From the IMG/VR virus record IMGVR_UViG_2571042438_000008: a stretch of DNA of 47,797 nucleotides. One strand, 5' to 3'. Position numbers and translations under genes: made by a program. Origin of the DNA: a virus. Taxonomy: Duplodnaviria > Heunggongvirae > Uroviricota > Caudoviricetes. Shown here piece by piece: positions 44,739 to 47,797 of the stretch; the stretch's first letter is position 1, and the number at the start of each line of letters is the position of its first letter. The notes beneath the pieces are model-generated. The model was not told the origin of the DNA, ran no database searches, and saw nothing but the letters and a program-made list of their open reading frames with translations.

Positions 44739-45359
44739 ATGAATGATTTAGAAACATTATTACGTCAGACTATAAGAGTTGGCGTTGTTTCTGATATTGA
44801 TGATGGTGATGTTACAGCAAGAGTTACTTTCGATGATCAGGATAACGTCACTTCGGCAAAGTTATCAGTTATTGTGAAAAATACAGATAAGAATGCTGAT
44901 TACTGGATGCCAGATATTGGTGAGCAAGTTTTGTGTATCTTTCATCCCGCGGGGCCGCAACAAGGTTTTATTCTTGGTAGTTTTTATGATGAAACACAGA
45001 AGCCGCCATCTAATACTGTTAATAAACGCGTCATTAGATTTAATAACGGAACTCGTATTGAGATAGACAGAGAATCTAATTTACTCCTTGTTGATGCTGT
45101 CGGAGATGTAACCATTAAGGCTACAGGAACCGTAACTATTGATGCTCCAGAAACCATCATTACCGGAAATGCTACAGTTGAAGGATTACTAACCTTCAAA
45201 GGTGGAATGAAAGGATCTTCTGCTGGAGGTGTTGCAGCTACAATTTCTGGGAATGTTAAGGTTGTTGGTGGTGATATAGATGTTGATGGGATTAAATCTA
45301 AAGGCCACCATCACACAGCTCAGGGGGAATACGCTCCGACAACGGAGGCTCAGGCATGA
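44739..45359 (+). CDS. Baseplate spike (P2 gpV-like)
   Basis: IGEQVLCIF motif and Gly-rich C-terminal beta-helix-like repeats. Confidence 0.65.
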   Translation: MNDLETLLRQTIRVGVVSDIDDGDVTARVTFDDQDNVTSAKLSVIVKNTDKNADYWMPDIGEQVLCIFHPAGPQQGFILGSFYDETQKPPSNTVNKRVIRFNNGTRIEIDRESNLLLVDAVGDVTIKATGTVTIDAPETIITGNATVEGLLTFKGGMKGSSAGGVAATISGNVKVVGGDIDVDGIKSKGHHHTAQGEYAPTTEAQA

Positions 45360-45823
45360 TTGTGGGTATGCTTGGTACAATGCCTTTTGTTGCCTCATCA
45401 ATAGTGGTGAATACGTTCAACAATTTTAAAAGGACGTCAAAGCGTCGTGTAGCGCGCCATGATGTTATTGGGCTTAAACCTGTTCTGGAGGATATAGGTC
45501 CAGATCTGGATGAAGTTAGTTTTAATATGCGGTTGGATACAACACTTGGCATTGTTCCATTGGCTGCGCTTTCATTACTTAGGACAATGCAATCAATTCA
45601 GGAAGTAAATCCTGTTGTAATTGGTATTCAGTATTTTGGTAATTTTATAATTACAGATATAGAGGAATCATGGACTTATTTCGGTCCAACTGGGAATCCA
45701 CGAGTGATTATCGTCGGCATTAAATTACAGGAAGTCGGACAGACCTCTCTGAAAGAAGCATTAGTTGATATTGCTGGCAATATAGAGTCAAAAACTAGAA
45801 GTGCGTTAGGTAAATTATTATGA
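45356..45823 (+). CDS. Baseplate-associated protein (uncharacterised)
   Basis: 155-aa ORF between gpV-like and gpW-like genes. Confidence 0.4.
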   Translation: MIVGMLGTMPFVASSIVVNTFNNFKRTSKRRVARHDVIGLKPVLEDIGPDLDEVSFNMRLDTTLGIVPLAALSLLRTMQSIQEVNPVVIGIQYFGNFIITDIEESWTYFGPTGNPRVIIVGIKLQEVGQTSLKEALVDIAGNIESKTRSALGKLL

Positions 45824-46140
45824 ATAATACGTTTACCATATCATCACCTTCTTACTCGATTGATTGGTCGCCCAAAACAGTTGTAGAAGAAGTTTTGCAA
45901 AATGTCTCTACTATTATTAATACTCAAATTGGCACTGTACCATATGCCAGAAAATTAGGAATTAATTCAAGTCTTGTTGATAGCCCTAGTCCAATTTTTA
46001 TTGCTACAGCAACACGAGAAATAATTCAAAAAATTAGTGAGTTTGAGCCTAGAGCGATTATCCATTCTGTTACTTTTGAAAGAACGGACGTTTCTGATGG
46101 TTTTATTAGGCCAAAACTTGTGATAGGAGTTAGAGAATGA
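45820..46140 (+). CDS. Baseplate wedge protein (GPW/gp25-like)
   Basis: 106 aa; position before gpJ-like. Confidence 0.55.
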   Translation: MNNTFTISSPSYSIDWSPKTVVEEVLQNVSTIINTQIGTVPYARKLGINSSLVDSPSPIFIATATREIIQKISEFEPRAIIHSVTFERTDVSDGFIRPKLVIGVRE

Positions 46141-47261
46141 CGTTGCCGCGTGGTGGTTTGCCAGATATTACTTTCGCAGATTCTAACCCGACTGATATAA
46201 CAACTCGTTCAATCAGGGCTTTTGAGAGTATAACAGGTGAAACATTAGCACCTGCTGATCCACGTAGATTATTCATCTTATCATTGTGTGAGATTATTAT
46301 ACAGCAAAGAAAAGCTATCGATTTTTCTGCAAAACAAAACCTTCTTACATATGGTGAAGGTGAATATCTCGACCATATAGGCTATCTGACGGATACGCCT
46401 AGGCTGGAAGCTCAATCTGCCTTGACTACATTTGAGTTTAATCTGTCAACAAAATTATCGGGGATATATACAATACCTGCTGGCACTCAAGTTTCAACTG
46501 GAAATGGTGTTATTTTCCAAACAGATATTTTGTTGGAAATACCTGCTGGGAAAACAGTTGGTACAGTCTCAGGATATGCTGTTATACCTGGTTTATCTGG
46601 GAATGGCTTTTTACCAGGGCAAATAAATGAGTTGGTGACTCCGTTGCCGTATGTTTCCAGCGTAAGGAATGTAACAACATCTAATTCTGGTGCTGATACG
46701 GAGTCAGATGATAATTATGCTGAAAGAATAAAACTGTCGCCGGAAAAACTGTCTACAGCAGGGCCGGAGGATTCTTATAAATATTGGACAAGAACAGCCA
46801 ATCAGAATATAAAAGATGTGAATGTATATACACCATCGCCCGGAATTGTAGAAATCCGTTCTTTGTTAGAGAACGGAGATATACCTTCTAATGAACTATT
46901 AGAGCAGATAAATAGCGTTCTCTCTGCAACTAATATTCGACCATTCACAGATAAAGTTCTTGTTAAGAAACCAGAGAGCATTGAATACGATATAATAATT
47001 AAATACTGGATTAACTCATCGGACAAAAACAGAACAACTTTAATTCAAAGTGAGGTTGAGAAAGCTATTGATGAGTATAAACAATGGCAACGTTCGGTTA
47101 TGGGAAGAGATATAAATCCAGATGAAATTATTCAACGTTTAAAAAATGCTGGGGCTAAAAGATTAGAAATATCAAGTCCTGTTTTTACTGTGATTGGAGA
47201 GACACAGGTCGCCAGAGAGAGAAATATAAATTGCCAGTATGCGGGGTTAGAGGATGGCTGA
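46137..47261 (+). CDS. Baseplate protein J-like
   Basis: 374 aa; position before gpI-like and tail fiber. Confidence 0.7.
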   Translation: MTLPRGGLPDITFADSNPTDITTRSIRAFESITGETLAPADPRRLFILSLCEIIIQQRKAIDFSAKQNLLTYGEGEYLDHIGYLTDTPRLEAQSALTTFEFNLSTKLSGIYTIPAGTQVSTGNGVIFQTDILLEIPAGKTVGTVSGYAVIPGLSGNGFLPGQINELVTPLPYVSSVRNVTTSNSGADTESDDNYAERIKLSPEKLSTAGPEDSYKYWTRTANQNIKDVNVYTPSPGIVEIRSLLENGDIPSNELLEQINSVLSATNIRPFTDKVLVKKPESIEYDIIIKYWINSSDKNRTTLIQSEVEKAIDEYKQWQRSVMGRDINPDEIIQRLKNAGAKRLEISSPVFTVIGETQVARERNINCQYAGLEDG

Positions 47262-47797
47262 TATCTTTAATGTTAGCTTGTTGGATGTTTTACCTCCTAA
47301 CTTAGCTAGCGATCCCAACGTGATAGCTATGTCGAAAGCTATTGATGATGAACTACAAGCAATTAACAATTTAATATATAAGACAGAAATATATAGCGTT
47401 GTTGATAACCTGGACTCAGTTGTTCTCGATCATTTAGCTTGGCAATGGAATGCTGATACATGGAGGGATAGTTGGCCTGTATTGTTAAAGCGTTCTGTTT
47501 TTAAATCAATAATACGAACAAAGCGAATAAAGGGTACAAGGGCAGCGGTTGAAGATGTAGTAAATAGCTTGGGTGGAGAGGTAAACATAACAGAATGGTT
47601 TGAAACATCACCACCTGGCGAACCATATACAGCCTCAATTGTTGCTTCGATTAACTCTTTTGATGGTGCTGTTCCTTCGAAAGAGATGTTGGAGGATACG
47701 TTAAGAAGTATCAAGAGTGCAAAGTCGGCAAGAACACTATTTACATTTTCGCAAGCAACCAATGTTTCAGGTGGTGTTGGTATTGTCGGTGCTTTCC
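47254..47797 (+). CDS. Baseplate gpI-like protein, 5' part (open at window end; continues at 1..289 through the terminal duplication)
   Basis: ATG 47254 overlapping the gpJ-like stop; ORF not terminated within the window; frame matches 23..289. Confidence 0.65.
   Translation, partial: MADIFNVSLLDVLPPNLASDPNVIAMSKAIDDELQAINNLIYKTEIYSVVDNLDSVVLDHLAWQWNADTWRDSWPVLLKRSVFKSIIRTKRIKGTRAAVEDVVNSLGGEVNITEWFETSPPGEPYTASIVASINSFDGAVPSKEMLEDTLRSIKSAKSARTLFTFSQATNVSGGVGIVGAF
47547..47797. repeat. Terminal direct repeat: 47547..47797 is identical to 1..251
   Basis: Read directly: both begin ggttgaagatgtagtaaatagc and end gtcggtgctttcc. Confidence 0.9.

Noticed and set aside
1-47797. CRISPR array, integrase, transposase or IS element
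   Set aside because: No regularly spaced direct repeats with unique spacers were seen, and no ORF translation showed recombinase-like or transposase-like features; the repeated elements found are regulatory cassettes and operator-like motifs instead.

Overview
The window reads as one complete, circularly permuted ~47.5 kb temperate phage genome that is maintained as a plasmid (a phage-plasmid); the first 251 nt recur exactly at the end. All calls come from reading the sequence and the ORF translations; no database search or folding program was run, and coordinates of non-ORF features are hand-counted and may be off by 1-2 nt. Almost all morphogenesis genes are on the + strand: ParB-like and terminase small/large (lambda Nu1/A-like), gpW-like, portal, S49-type prohead protease, decoration and lambda gpE-like major capsid, then a P2/Mu-like contractile tail (sheath, tube, frameshifted chaperone, tape measure, gpX/D/V/W/J/I baseplate, tail fiber with His-rich tip, fiber assembly). 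The early region has a CI-type S24 repressor divergent from a cro-like gene with ACCAC-N5-GTGGT operators, nin-like genes, and a lysis cassette (holins, GH108 endolysin, nested spanins) followed by a tRNA(CAU). I see no integrase, transposase or phage replication genes. Instead there is an IncFII-type repA with a CopA-like antisense transcript, a DnaA box, ParA/ParG-like partition genes, a dif/cer-like Xer site and a HigB/HigA-like toxin-antitoxin pair. The most unusual signals are a ~110 bp promoter-plus-leader cassette present in three near-identical copies in front of unrelated genes, a repressor-type operator in front of repA, a dispersed AT-rich motif family, and palindrome-bearing tandem repeats with compensatory changes inside the antirepressor gene.
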